Positions 21,974 through 32,884 of a DNA stretch of 32,884 nt are shown piece after piece. Origin of the DNA: Octopus bimaculoides (lineage: Eukaryota); contig NC_069000.1 of assembly GCF_001194135.2 (NCBI RefSeq), positions 16,485,799-16,518,682 of the forward strand. Direction: 5' to 3'. Within the stretch, counting starts at the first letter, position 1; the number at the start of each line of letters is the position of its first letter. Made by a program: the position numbers and the translations under genes. The notes beneath the pieces are model-generated. The model saw only the letters and a list, made by a program, of their open reading frames with translations, made no database searches and was not told the DNA's origin.

Positions 21974-22290
21974 GCATATATATATGCGTGTGAGTATGTG
22001 TGTGTGCATGTGCGTATCTGTGTGTGTGTGTGTGTAATTGTGTATTTGATGGGGTGTTTGGTGGGGTGTAAATACACAATAGATGAGAGCTGAGTATGCA
22101 CATAATAGGAAACACATAGTAGAGCTATAAAGGATTTGAACACATACTCCTAATTCTTCGTCGAGGGCAAGAACCCCATCGTCAACTGTCACTATAAGAA
22201 AAATCCACATCAAGCTGGAGGCATTAATGGTAATAGACATAACTATGCCTGATACAAATATATGGAGCACAGGAAATACAAAATATAATC

Positions 22291-22446
22291 CCTTCTACTG
22301 TAGAAATTTTGGGGAAGGAGACTAGTCAGTTACATCGACCCCAAAGTTTCACTGGTACTTAACTGATCGACCGCGAAAGGATGAAAGGCAAAGTCGACCT
22401 AGGCGTAATTTGAACACAGAACATAAAGACGGACGAAATACTGCTG
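22291..22446 (-). mobile_element. Family-B SINE fragment
   Basis: atcgacc..gaaaggatgaaaggcaaagtcgacct..tttgaacacagaac matches 26831-27029. Confidence 0.8.
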
Positions 22447-22476
22447 TTGGACTTAAAATACCATACCTTCTCCTCT

Positions 22477-23243
22477 CTTGCTTCACACGCGGTGTCTCTT
22501 GTTTAGCGGTGCTAAGCCATTCCTTACGCTGCTTCATATTGATGTACAGGCACCATTTTTCGTCGCAAGTATCGATTAGGTAAAGAAATCGTTGCTTGTG
22601 TCCATGAGTTGAGCGGTGACGAGCAAGCAAACCAGCGGAGATTGTGGCTCGTTGATTTTTGTTATTGTCACTTAAAGCATGCGGAACCCATGCTCCATAC
22701 TTCTGNNNNNNNNNNNNNNNNNNNNNNNNNNNNNNNNNNNNNNNNNNNNNNNNNNNNNNNNNNNNNNNNNNNNNNNNNNNNNNNNNNNNNNNNNNNNNNN
22801 NNNNNNNNNNNNNNNNNNNNNNNNNNNNNNNNNNNNNNNNNNNNNNNNNNNNNNNNNNNNNNNNNNNNNNNNNNNNNNNNNNNNNNNNNNNNNNNNNNNN
22901 NNNNNNNNNNNNNNNNNNNNNNNNNNNNNNNNNNNNNNNNNNNNNNNNNNNNNNNNNNNNNNNNNNNNNNNNNNNNNNNNNNNNNNNNNNNNNNNNNNNN
23001 NNNNNAAGAAAGAGGTGTCGAATATGCTCGTTTTTCTAAACTTGACATTCCATTTTAATGATCTGAAAATGAACAAAAATTAACTAAAATTAACTAGAAA
23101 AAGAACAAAAAAAAAAAACAAAATAGATTCCAAAATGATTCAAAAATAGAATTCTCGAAAAAAAAAAAAAATAGATTCCAAAATTTAAAATCGCAATAAA
23201 TTCCAAAATTTAAAAAACGGCGGGAACTTACTTGCCAACCCAA
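22477..23243 (-). mobile_element. mariner (DD34D) element, 5' half: TIR, 5' UTR and truncated transposase
   Basis: TA|TTGGGTTGGCAAGTAAGTTCCCGCCG end at 23243. ATG at 23053 gives MECQV*KNEHIRHLFL. After the 300-N gap: QKYGAWVPHALSDNNKNQRATISAGLLARH..FLYLIDTCDEKWCLYINMKQRKEW (WVPHEL-like linker and first catalytic Asp). The Trp falls at codon 122, as expected for mariner. Confidence 0.9.
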
Positions 23244-23336
23244 TATACATGTATTTCCGTTATAGTTGTGTAATATTGTTACAATTCAATACTGCACAGC
23301 TCATATATATGTATACATACATGAATACATACATAA

Positions 23337-23386
<50 letters not shown>

Positions 23387-23709
23387 AAACACACACACAT
23401 ACACACACACGCACACATATATATATATACATTTCCGTTGTAATAATAATTATGATAATTAAATAATTATGATAATTTAATATGATGTTAGTGTGTATGT
23501 GTGTATTATATATATGAAGTGTGTGTGTGAGTGTATTATATATGTGTGTGTGTGTATGTTTGTATACGTATATGCACACCCATATACGTTATGGTTGCAA
23601 AATATTTATTACTATAGTTACTATTACAGCTCATTGCGAAAAGTTAATTTTAAATTCAATTCTTAACATTAATTTCAGTAAATGAAGCTTTCTATGGCCC
23701 TCTTACTCA

Positions 23710-23749
<40 letters not shown>

Positions 23750-23764
23750 NNNNNNNNNNACTCA

Positions 23765-23808
<44 letters not shown>

Positions 23809-24172
23809 TCCTCTTTCATCCTCTCTCTTGTAAAGTCTCTTATGCAAAGCAGACCGAGTGTATTTGTGTTTCTGATATTTCGACTGTTTCCGTATTTTAC
23901 CGGCTTCTATATTACGAGATGTACTAAGTCATACAAGTCACACTACTCCCATTTCAATTCCGTCGATGCAAACCTCGCATATCCATATACATTTATAAAC
24001 GGTACATGGACACATAAAATATCGCTAGAAATACGTTTGTATCCGAAGACAGGGAATGTAGTATATATTTATTCAATAAGTAGCTTGATATATGTTCCAG
24101 TGTCTCTTTGTATTACTTAGCACTTAAGTATTATCAGACCATTTCTTTAAACCTGTTTTTTTTTTCTTCTGT

Positions 24173-24411
24173 GGAGGCACGTGGCTTCGTAGTTAGGGTG
24201 TTCGGCTCTCGATCTCAAGGTGGCAAAATTGAGTAGTACTTGTAACTCAAAGGGCCAGCCTCAACACATTCTGCGCTACGCTGAATATCCTTGAGAACTA
24301 CGTGAAGGTTATACGTGTCTGTGAAGTGCCCATTCGCTTGTACGTTAATTTCACGAGTAGGCTGTTCTGTTGATCAACTGGAACCCTTGTCCTAATAACC
24401 GACGGGGTGTC
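24173..24411 (+). mobile_element. Family-A SINE (tail a) with an internal deletion removing the B-box and most of the core
   Basis: The head ggaggcacgtggcttcgtagttaggg is joined directly to ggcaaaattgag. The tail aligns with 4600-4766. Confidence 0.8.
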
Positions 24412-25299
24412 GGTTTTTACTTCCACTGTTATTGACTAATCTTGTTAATTGCTTCGCACACATTTTTTTTTTTTTATATAATTACGATTTATTTTATAAT
24501 ACAGCACACACACACACACACACACCAAAGTAAAGGCGAATGACGTGTACGACAATTACCAGAAAGGACAAAATTAGACTTGGGTAATACCGTTTCATCA
24601 GCTAATTTTTATCCAAAGTCAGTAGGGTTCCGGCACTTGAAAAAAAAAAAAAACAGGATGATAACAAAGGATTAAGACAAGGGACTTGAGATTGGGCGCA
24701 CATATCACGAAACAGAACAGCACTCACAATACTATAACACAGAAAAAAAAAATGTGTACGGCATAAATTTGAATCTATTGGCTTTAAACAAGTACGAAAA
24801 AGAATAATAAGCTGTTTTAGTCGAATCAAACAAAACACTGGACATAATAACGAAAGATAACAAATAAACATTGAAAGTCTTGCGCGACTGAAGTAAAGCA
24901 GAGCAGACAGTGGTTGGTTGAACAAAGACACATATATACATAGATACATACATGCATACATGCATGCACGCATACATACATCATACATACAAACGTACAT
25001 ACATACATACATACAATCATATATACATATACACAAACCCACATACATTCACATATACCGCTTACATGAATGCGTGCATACATACGTATATATACACACA
25101 CAGGCATACCTATATATATATGCGCACACATGTTTGCGTTTGTGTGCGCATGTGTAAACATTTTCAGTGTAACCTTCAAAGCTCTCCTTCCCCCCCCCCC
25201 GTTACAACTTCTCCCCCCCCACCTCTAATTCCACTATTATCTGTGACACTTGTCACATGAGACGCTGTCAGATCTTTGGGTGTGGCAGTAGTAGGTGTG

Positions 25300-25900
25300 T
25301 TTCTGGTAGTGGTGGTGGTGGTAGTGGAGGGAGGGGGGAGGAAAAGGAAGAAAAGGGGAAGGTTGAAGAAAAGGAGGAGGAGGAGGAGGAAGAAGAAAAA
25401 GAGAAGGTTGAAGGTGGGGAGAGGAAGTGATCGTGCGCATGTGTGTTAGTTCTGGCAGTGCCTGCTCCCAAAGTCTGTGAAACGATGTTGGCCATGATGG
25501 TGGTAGTGGCGTGGTGGCGGCGGCGGTGAAAATGTTTGTTGCGGTGTGGATGATGTTGATGCTGAAGGTGGTGGCGTTGATGTTTAAATGGTGAGGATTG
25601 TTTTAATTGTGAAGGGTGGTAAGGGACGAAATGTCGACAGTGGAGGTGCTCGCAGTGATGCTGATCATGGCGATGGTGGTAGTGCAGGTGATGGTAGTGA
25701 TGGCGAAGGTGGAGGTTGTGGTTGTGGTTGTGGTGGCAAGGGTGATAGTATTGGTGGTGATGGTCGGGATGATGGTGATGATCGTATTAGGACATGGTGG
25801 CAACGATGATGATGATGATAACGATGTTGATGATGATGATGGTGTTGGTGATGGTGATAGTGGTAGTGATGGACGTTGTAGTGGTGGTTTGGTAATGGGT
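25300..25900. repeat. GGT/GAT/GGA low-complexity region
   Basis: Visible in the sequence. Confidence 0.85.
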
Positions 25901-25999
25901 GGGCTATTTAAACCATTTGATGAACTGTTGTCATTATAGAACGACTGATCTCTAAAGAAACTAGTTTCCTTATCATGGTGACAGATTTGATGGCATATG

Positions 26000-26260
26000 G
26001 TTTATTGTTATTGTTGTTCGTTGTGTTGTTGTTGTTGCTGTTGTTGTTGTTGTTGTTGTTGTTGTTATCCATGTCGTTGCTGTTGCTGCTGCTGTTTAAC
26101 TCTAGGTCAAACCTGATCACGTAGACCTGTGATCAAAGGCGTTCCAGCAAATATCTTGCGTCTTTTTCTTATGTACAAGAAACCCTACGTTCAGATGTGG
26201 TTTGAGGGAAATTTGGTTGTATTTCTAGCAGATCGAGTGAGTACCCGTTGGCCCATTCAT
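26000..26260 (-). mobile_element. Possible retroposon 3' end with (CAA)n tail
   Basis: A (GTT)n tract abuts tttaactctaggtcaaacctgatcacgtagacctgtgatcaaaggcgttccagc, which resembles a recalled repeat; unverified. Confidence 0.3.
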
Positions 26261-26492
26261 CAGCTCGCGGTGTACAGAATGAGATGAGGGTGTGAGATGA
26301 GAGAGAGAGAGAGAGGTAAATGGTGGCGCCGAATGGTCGGATGGTACTGTTGAACTTCATGTGTGTATTTAGATGTGTACATGTTTGTTTTCGTGTTTGT
26401 GTGTTTGTATGGAAAGAAAGAGGAGAGAAGAAAGAGATAAGAAAGATAAAAGGAGGAGGGGGAGGAAACAGAGAAAAGGAGAGAAAGTGAAT

Positions 26493-26566
<74 letters not shown>

Positions 26567-26830
26567 GGGAGAGAGAAAACGTATACGGCAGTAGGTTAAA
26601 GGAAACGTGCTTAAAGGACATATGGCGTTCGTTAATGGCATCGGTTCCGTCAGTCTCCAAGGGCCTGCAAAGGTCTTCGAAAAATAACAATAACAACAAC
26701 GTTGCTATATTTCACAGGTCACCGTATAGGTAACACAGGGACACATTCATAGATATACCGATGCATGTCTTCACAGATACACACATACATGTATTTACAG
26801 ACTCGTACTTATCCACATTCATAGGCACTT

Positions 26831-27029
26831 CTTTTCTACTCTAGGCATAAGGCCCGAAATTTTTGGGGAGGGGGACCAGTCGATTAGATCGACCCCAGTA
26901 TGCAACTGGTACTTGATTTATCGACCCCGAAAGGATGAAAGGCAAAGTCGACCTCGGCGGAATTTGAACTCAGAACGTAAAGACAGACGAAATACCGCTA
27001 AGCATTTCACTCGGCGTGCTAACGTTTCT
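26831..27029 (-). mobile_element. tRNA-derived SINE, family B (tail a), near full length
   Basis: On the minus strand: B-box GTTCAAATTCC, central gtcgactttgcctttcatcctttcggggtcgataaa..ctggggtcgatctaatcgact domain. The A-box end is truncated. Confidence 0.85.
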
Positions 27030-27030
27030 T

Positions 27031-27113
27031 ATTTCTTTACTGCCCACAAGGGGCTAAACATAGAGGGGATAAACAAGAACAGATAAAGGGATTAAGTCGA
27101 TTACATCGACCCC
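27031..27113 (-). mobile_element. Family-B SINE 3' fragment with a different tail (tail b)
   Basis: tggggtcgatgtaatcgact is shared with the adjacent copy and followed by unrelated tail sequence. Confidence 0.7.
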
Positions 27114-27809
27114 ATACATACATACATACACATGCATATATACATACATGCATACATGCATGCGAACATACAGTGCTAATACCAATTGTAGGGATATTGA
27201 AGTGGACACTTACGAAATCTGCCACCTGGATATCAACACAAGGTATTGACCACCAATTGGCAACTTTCACATCAGCAGTGACATCGACAGGATTTATGTG
27301 AAACGAAGTGATCGCGGTAGAAGCATAAGGTGACATACATTCCAAAGAGCGTGCGCTCGCGCACACATACGTGCACACACACTCGTGTGTGAATGCTTGT
27401 ATTCATGCATGTATACTTTTTTGAGATTTATTTAAAGTCTTTTCGTTCTAAGCGGAATTCAAGCTAGTCATTAACAAAGCAGCGAGGCTCTTATATTTAA
27501 GCCAAAGCAGATCTTGGGATCTGTGGTTATTCCATGTGTATATGTGATTGCGTGATTGTGTGGTTATGCGCACATGTTCACCCAGAGACTGCAAATGGAG
27601 AATCCTTGAAATGTTTTACACATTTTCTTGTTCCTCTGATCGATTATACCAGGAGAATGCGAATTGGTCTGCTCTGTCCCCCACTTTTTTTTTCTGGTGA
27701 GACCAACTATTTCTAGAGTTTACGTAATTCGGTTGTTACGTAATCCCTGTGCATCTATTGATAATAGGAACAAATGAAAGTCTATGTATAAATGTATGCA
27801 TGTACATAT

Positions 27810-27836
27810 GTATGTATGCATCTATCTATCTATCCG

Positions 27837-27887
<51 letters not shown>

Positions 27888-28048
27888 GTCTGTCTGTCTG
27901 TCTGTCTGTCTGGCTGTCTGTCTGTCATCTTTATATATGCACGTACACAAACAAACATACATATGTATTTTTACAAACGCGCATGCATATATTCAAGCAT
28001 ATCATATTATGCAGTGAGTCAACATTTGTAGGCACATGCACACGCATA

Positions 28049-28139
<91 letters not shown>

Positions 28140-28140
28140 T
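27810..28140. repeat. Two (TCTA)n(TCTG)n compound tracts in tandem
   Basis: Visible in the sequence at about 27820-27925 and 28050-28140. Confidence 0.9.
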
Positions 28141-28584
28141 TATTTGGATATGCATTTGTACGACAGAAATAGAACTGGTGACACCCGGCCGCCTCTATCC
28201 ACAATGCAACTATGACTCGCAGTCTTGTGATGTAGAGCAGAGGGCGTGTGAGTGGGGGCATATGGTGCTAGTGTTGGTGACGAATTATTGGGTGGCTTGG
28301 AATGAGTCACATATGTTTGTTGTTGTTATTGTTGTTGTTGTCGTTAGAAGCGGTGGAGGAGGTGATGGGGGATGAAACTCGTGGTGAAACTGGGATGGTA
28401 CTGGCATTAGCAGTGGTGGGGGATAATAATAAAGAGGCTGTTAGAAATTGTGGTGATGGGTGATAGTGAGGCAGCACACACACACACACACACACACAGA
28501 CCCAAACACACACACACACACACACAAATAGACATGCATACACATACATAAAAGCATACACATGCTCATGCACGCACACATTTA

Positions 28585-28692
28585 GGTCTGGCCGTGTGGT
28601 TAAGTAGTTCATGTTTTGTGACTACTTGATTCGAGGTTCGATCTCTCAACGTTGCCACTTGGGCAAGTCCTTCATTATAGCATCGAGACGAA
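28585..28692 (+). mobile_element. Diverged tRNA-head and CORE-like SINE 5' fragment
   Basis: A-box TGGCCGTGTGG, B-box GGTTCGATC, then cttgggcaagtc (CORE-domain-like). Confidence 0.55.
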
Positions 28693-29244
28693 CACTAAAT
28701 ATGCTTGTATCTACGTGAGAGTATAAACAAGGATTTATGGTGATCTGAAAAATCGAACAAGCAATTTTCACTTCTTTACTTGCTCGTCTCCATTTCCAGA
28801 GAAAAAGCGGATATCAAATCAGCAAAGCGCTTTTATGAGAGATCAGAAAACATGTAGTATTACGCCATTTTGACGGGATATTCAAATGCAAGACGTAGGT
28901 CGTCTGTGTGAAGCTTGGATACATGTCATGTCTCAGAGACAAAATGTCTCCAGACAACATGTCTCCGAAGCATGTTGTCATGTCCACGAGAATTCAAGTA
29001 GGGATACACAAACACTCTAAAATGGTAGATACGAAGTGAACTGCTAGAAGGGAAATCAAGGGATTGTTTGGCCTTAGTAGATAAAGAAATATGAATGCAT
29101 AAGATTCAGAATTATACTCCCTCTCTCTTAAAATATCACTTTCAATCTTTGTTTTTTCTCTGTCCCATTTAGAATGAATACAATAATTTGAATTGACAAT
29201 TTCTTGTTATATATCTTTATATATCTTATGTGTACATATAAATA

Positions 29245-29497
29245 CAGTGTACATTTAAACACACAAGCGGTATCCATCATAAGATTCCCGCACGCAGGAA
29301 AGAACAGCTAAGTTTCAAACCACTATTAGGGATAACATTTCGAAAGGAATGAAAAATAAAAACATTTAGATGGTAAATGTTTTTATTTTTCATTCCTTTC
29401 GAAATTTTATCCCTAATAGTGGTTTGGAACTTAGCTGTTTTTTCTAGCGTGAGGAAATTCTATAGTGGATACCTCTTCTGTGTTTAAATGTACACTG
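29245..29497. mobile_element. Foldback MITE with Tc1-like TA|CAGTG...CACTG|TA ends
   Basis: The whole 253-bp element is an imperfect inverted repeat centred on a 5-nt loop (29369-29373). The symmetry extends 10 bp further into the flanks (29235-29507). Confidence 0.8.
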
Positions 29498-30680
29498 TAT
29501 TTATATGAATAATACATAGTCTATGGACTAAATTTTTACACGCTGGGCCACTGGTGGTAGAAATTTCTAATATTTCTATTACCCTTCGATATTATTAATT
29601 CTTATGTGTACAGTTAGATGAAAGAGCTCCACGTAGATTATCATTAANNNNNNNNNNNNNNNNNNNNNNNNNNNNNNNNNNNNNNNNNNNNNNNNNNNNN
29701 NNNNNNNNNNNNNNNNNNNNNNNNNNNNNNNNNNNNNNNNNNNNNNNNNNNNNNNNNNNNNNNNNNNNNNNNNNNNNNNNNNNNNNNNNNNNNNNNNNNN
29801 NNNNNNNNNNNNNNNNNNNNNNNNNNNNNNNNNNNNNNNNNNNNNNNNNNNNNNNNNNNNNNNNNNNNNNNNNNNNNNNNNNNNNNNNNNNNNNNNNNNN
29901 NNNNNNNNNNNNNNNNNNNNNNNNNNNNNNNNNNNNNNNNNNNNNNNNNNNNNNNNNNNNNNNNNNNNNNNNNNNNNNNNNNNNNNNNNNNNNNNNNNNN
30001 NNNNNNNNNNNNNNNNNNNNNNNNNNNNNNNNNNNTGTGTTTAAATGTACACTGTATTTATATGAATAATACATAGTCTATGGACTAAATTTTTACACGC
30101 TGGGCCACTGGTGGTAGAAATTTCTAATATTTCTATTACCCTTCGATATTATTAATTCTTATGTGTACAGTTAGATGAAAGAGCTCCACGTAGATTATCA
30201 TTAACCAGTCAACTTCGAGTATAGCGGTAAGTATACCACTGTATTTAGTAGTATTACTAGTTATGATATACAGAACATATGTAGGGGAAAACTGAGACAT
30301 GCACAAGTATGAGTTACTATTTCTACGTATATTTCACCATTGCGGTTATTTGGAACCTAGTATTGGACGTCATCCAAATGCATTTGGAATATCCAATACT
30401 GAGTTCAAAATGTCTGCAACAGCGAAATGTATATAAGAACTAATAATTTATATTTGTGTTTATCTCATTTTTATTTGTCTATATCTACACATAAGCACGA
30501 GCGTTCAAAAAGCTGCATATTTATTGATATTGATGTAGAAGAGATATGAAATAGCATATAAATTGTAATTTAAATGCACAAAGATATCATTTTGGGTTAT
30601 TTAGAAAAACAAAAACATTTTCCCTCCTTACACAGAAAGATGGATACTCATCAACAAACCATATTTCTTTTTTACTTCTA

Positions 30681-30868
30681 TCTTCTACCGTTTACATGTT
30701 TCAGTCATTAGATTGCGGTTATGTTGGGGCAGTCTTGCGAGGTTCAAATCGATACTAGGAATTATTTGAAAGCCTGCTACCTTTTATATCGTTTTCCTTG
30801 TGCCCAACCGCTGGGTTAAGGACGTAAACAAATCTACACCGGATGTTAAGCGGTGGTGGAAGACAAAC
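30681..30868 (-). mobile_element. SINE tail module (family T), diverged
   Basis: Reverse-complement similarity to 18035-18228. Confidence 0.7.
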
Positions 30869-30971
30869 ATGAAAGCTCTCTCTCTCTCTTTCTCTCTCTT
30901 TTTTTCTCTCTCTCTCTCTCTCTCACACACATTACACAAGTCATACATACATACATACATACATACATACA

Positions 30972-31003
<32 letters not shown>

Positions 31004-31057
31004 GAGTCCGGCTCTTTCTCTATTGACAAGAAATACAGAAATGAAACTGATTGATAA

Positions 31058-31335
31058 CATACATACATTACACACATACATGCATACATACATACATACA
31101 TACATACATACATACATACATACATACATACACAGTAGTGGCTGTTTTCTCGTATACGAGCAAAGCCATTGCTAGAAAGAATCTTTGAAATAAGTCATTG
31201 ATGATACAATGTGAGGCGCTTATATGACTCTTGAGCCGTGCCAAAGATTTGCACATTTCATTGCATAATGCACAGTTGTGCTGGCTGGCAGAAGGAACAG
31301 GTGCCACAGTATGAAATCTTTTGACATGCCATTTC
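31058..31335 (-). mobile_element. RTE-clade LINE extreme 3' end with (TATG)n tail
   Basis: HNCALCNEMCKSLARLKSHISASH is the terminal CxxC....S..(G)L.SH motif of RTE ORFs. A short UTR and a tetranucleotide tail follow. Confidence 0.7.
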
Positions 31336-31361
31336 ACGCACACACACACACACACACACAC

Positions 31362-31525
31362 ACGACTGGTTTCCCCACAGTTTTCCTCTCCATATTTATT
31401 CACAAGGTATTGCAATGGTCGACCCGGAGTAGAGTAGAAGACACTCGCCCAAGCTGCTGCACAGCAGGACTGAACTCGAAGCCACATAGTTGCAAAGCAA
31501 GCTTCTTAACAACATAAACATACCT
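31362..31525 (-). mobile_element. tRNA-head and CORE-like SINE 5' half
   Basis: On the minus strand: ttaagaagcttgc, gagttcagtcc (B-box-like), cttgggcgagtgtcttctac (CORE-like), then the ggaaaactgtggggaaaccagtcg linker seen in related form at 20620-20641. Confidence 0.65.
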
Positions 31526-31782
31526 CTAAAAATAAATTTTTTTTTTAAAATGTAACAGGCGTCACAATGACGAGATATATAAATGCACGACGTTGGTCTT
31601 TTTAAGTGATTACACAGAGGAGAATACAATATGCGTGTGTAACCAATACTGCAAAATGGCTGACACCACGTGGAAAAGCTAAAAACAGAATATTTCCATA
31701 TCAACTGAATTTAATCTTTAACTGACAATTTGGTCTTCTCAGATAAAGAAATATGGTTTGAGTTTCCCGGTTTCTCTCACTC

Positions 31783-31826
<44 letters not shown>

Positions 31827-32176
31827 NNNNNNNNNNNNNNNNNNNNNNNNNNNNNNNNNNNNNNNNNNNNNNNNNNNNNNNNNNNNNNNNNNNNNNNNNN
31901 NNNNNNNNNNNNNNNNNNNNNNNNNNNNNNNNNNNNNNNNNNNNNNNNNNNNNNNNNNNNNNNNNNNNNNNNNNNNNNNNNNNNNNNNNNNNNNNNNNNN
32001 NNNNNNNNNNNNNNNNNNNNNNNNNNNNNNNNNNNNNNNNNNNNNNNNNNNNNNNNNNNNNNNNNNNNNNNNNNNNNNNNNNNNNNNNNNNNNNNNNNNN
32101 NNNNNNNNNNNNNNNNNNNNNNNNNNNNNNNNNNNNNNNNNNNNNNNNNNNNNNNNNNNNNNNNNNNNNNNNNNNN

Positions 32177-32450
32177 GGTGGTGGTGGTGGTGGAGGTGAT
32201 GATGATGATGATGACGACTACGACGACGACGATGATGATGATGATGACGACGATGATGATGACGATGACGAAGACGACGACGACGATGATGACAATGATG
32301 GTGGTAATGGTGATAGTGGTTGTAGCTGAGATGGTTTTGGGGGAAAATGAGGATCGATATGATTGCGCTAATATAGTAATGCTGATGATGATGATGACGA
32401 TGACGGAGACAACGGCTGCGTCGATAATGACGATGATAGTTGTTATTGTT
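32177..32450. repeat. (GAT/GAC/GGT)n low-complexity tract
   Basis: Visible in the sequence. Confidence 0.9.
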
Positions 32451-32678
32451 ATTGTTTAACCTAGATAAGATCTGAACCAGTATATTTATTATTAAAGACA
32501 TTCTTTTGGTAACCATTTCAAACGTTTTTTTTTTTTTTTCTGAGTGCACTATCCAAATTATCCTTCATTTTTTTAAAGTCAGTAACATGTGATTTTGACA
32601 GATTTAATTGCTGGTTCTAGCAACACATGAAGTCACGAAAGGACTCCTCGATAGCCGATACTGATCTTTTATCCCCTG

Positions 32679-32870
32679 TCTTTTACTTCTTTTGATCATT
32701 AGATTGTGGCCATGCTGGGGGCACCACCATGAATTTTTAGTTGAATTGAATGGATCCAAGTACTTTTTTAAAACCTGGTACTTATTCTGCCGGTCTGTTT
32801 TGCCGAACAACTCAGTCACGGGGACATAAACACCAACACCTGTTGTTAAGCGGTGGTGGGGATCAAACAC
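32679..32870 (-). mobile_element. SINE tail module (family T), diverged
   Basis: Reverse-complement similarity to 18035-18228. Confidence 0.7.
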
Positions 32871-32884
32871 AGATACAAAGTCAC

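Noticed and set aside
22080-22270. TM1-like hydrophobic ORF (SLMWIFLIVTV)
   Set aside because: It is interrupted by DDG and DEE, lies upstream of the HG exon (wrong order), and has no convincing donor.
23705-23805. actcactac(tc)n repeated across a 10-N gap
   Set aside because: Same assembly-overlap artefact.
29479-30204. Identical 169-bp direct repeat (29479-29647 and 30036-30204)
   Set aside because: It is 100% identical and flanks an N gap exactly, the signature of an unmerged contig overlap rather than a biological duplication.
31068-31487. Host C2H2 zinc-finger gene
   Set aside because: It is a single finger-like motif immediately followed by a short UTR and a (TATG)n tail, which is better explained as an RTE LINE terminus.
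406-32549. Long ORFs in the supplied track (X-runs, poly-YI/HT/ER/I/V/M)
   Set aside because: They span N gaps or are translations of microsatellites and carry no protein signal.
1-32884. CRISPR array or prokaryotic operon-type system
   Set aside because: The window is eukaryotic intron/exon and repeat DNA with no regularly interspaced repeat-spacer units.

Overview
AT-rich, microsatellite-dense animal genomic DNA with 14 assembly gaps (about 6.9 kb of N). The repeat landscape resembles a coleoid cephalopod (octopus-like) genome; this is inference from recalled repeat types, not a search. Nearly every ORF in the supplied track is an artefact of N-runs or simple repeats. The real signal is a minus-strand spliced DEG/ENaC (ASIC/degenerin-like) ion-channel gene that the track misses. 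Three exons were read by hand: 8546-8700 (start codon and the pre-TM1 HG motif), 5506-5604 (beta7-beta9 region, H..E.P.....G..V.PGF.T) and 144-200 (thumb, G..P.C-x7-C). The exons for TM1 to beta6 are not in the sequenced DNA. The rest is transposon debris: tRNA-derived SINEs with modular heads, cores and tails; LINE remnants (L1/Tx1, RTE, R4/Dong-like RLE, Penelope-like); a mariner with its 5' TIR; a maT-type transposase remnant; a TTAA MITE; and a foldback MITE. Several palindromes and hairpins are also present, including one pre-miRNA-like stem-loop. There is no CRISPR array, rRNA or intact tRNA gene.
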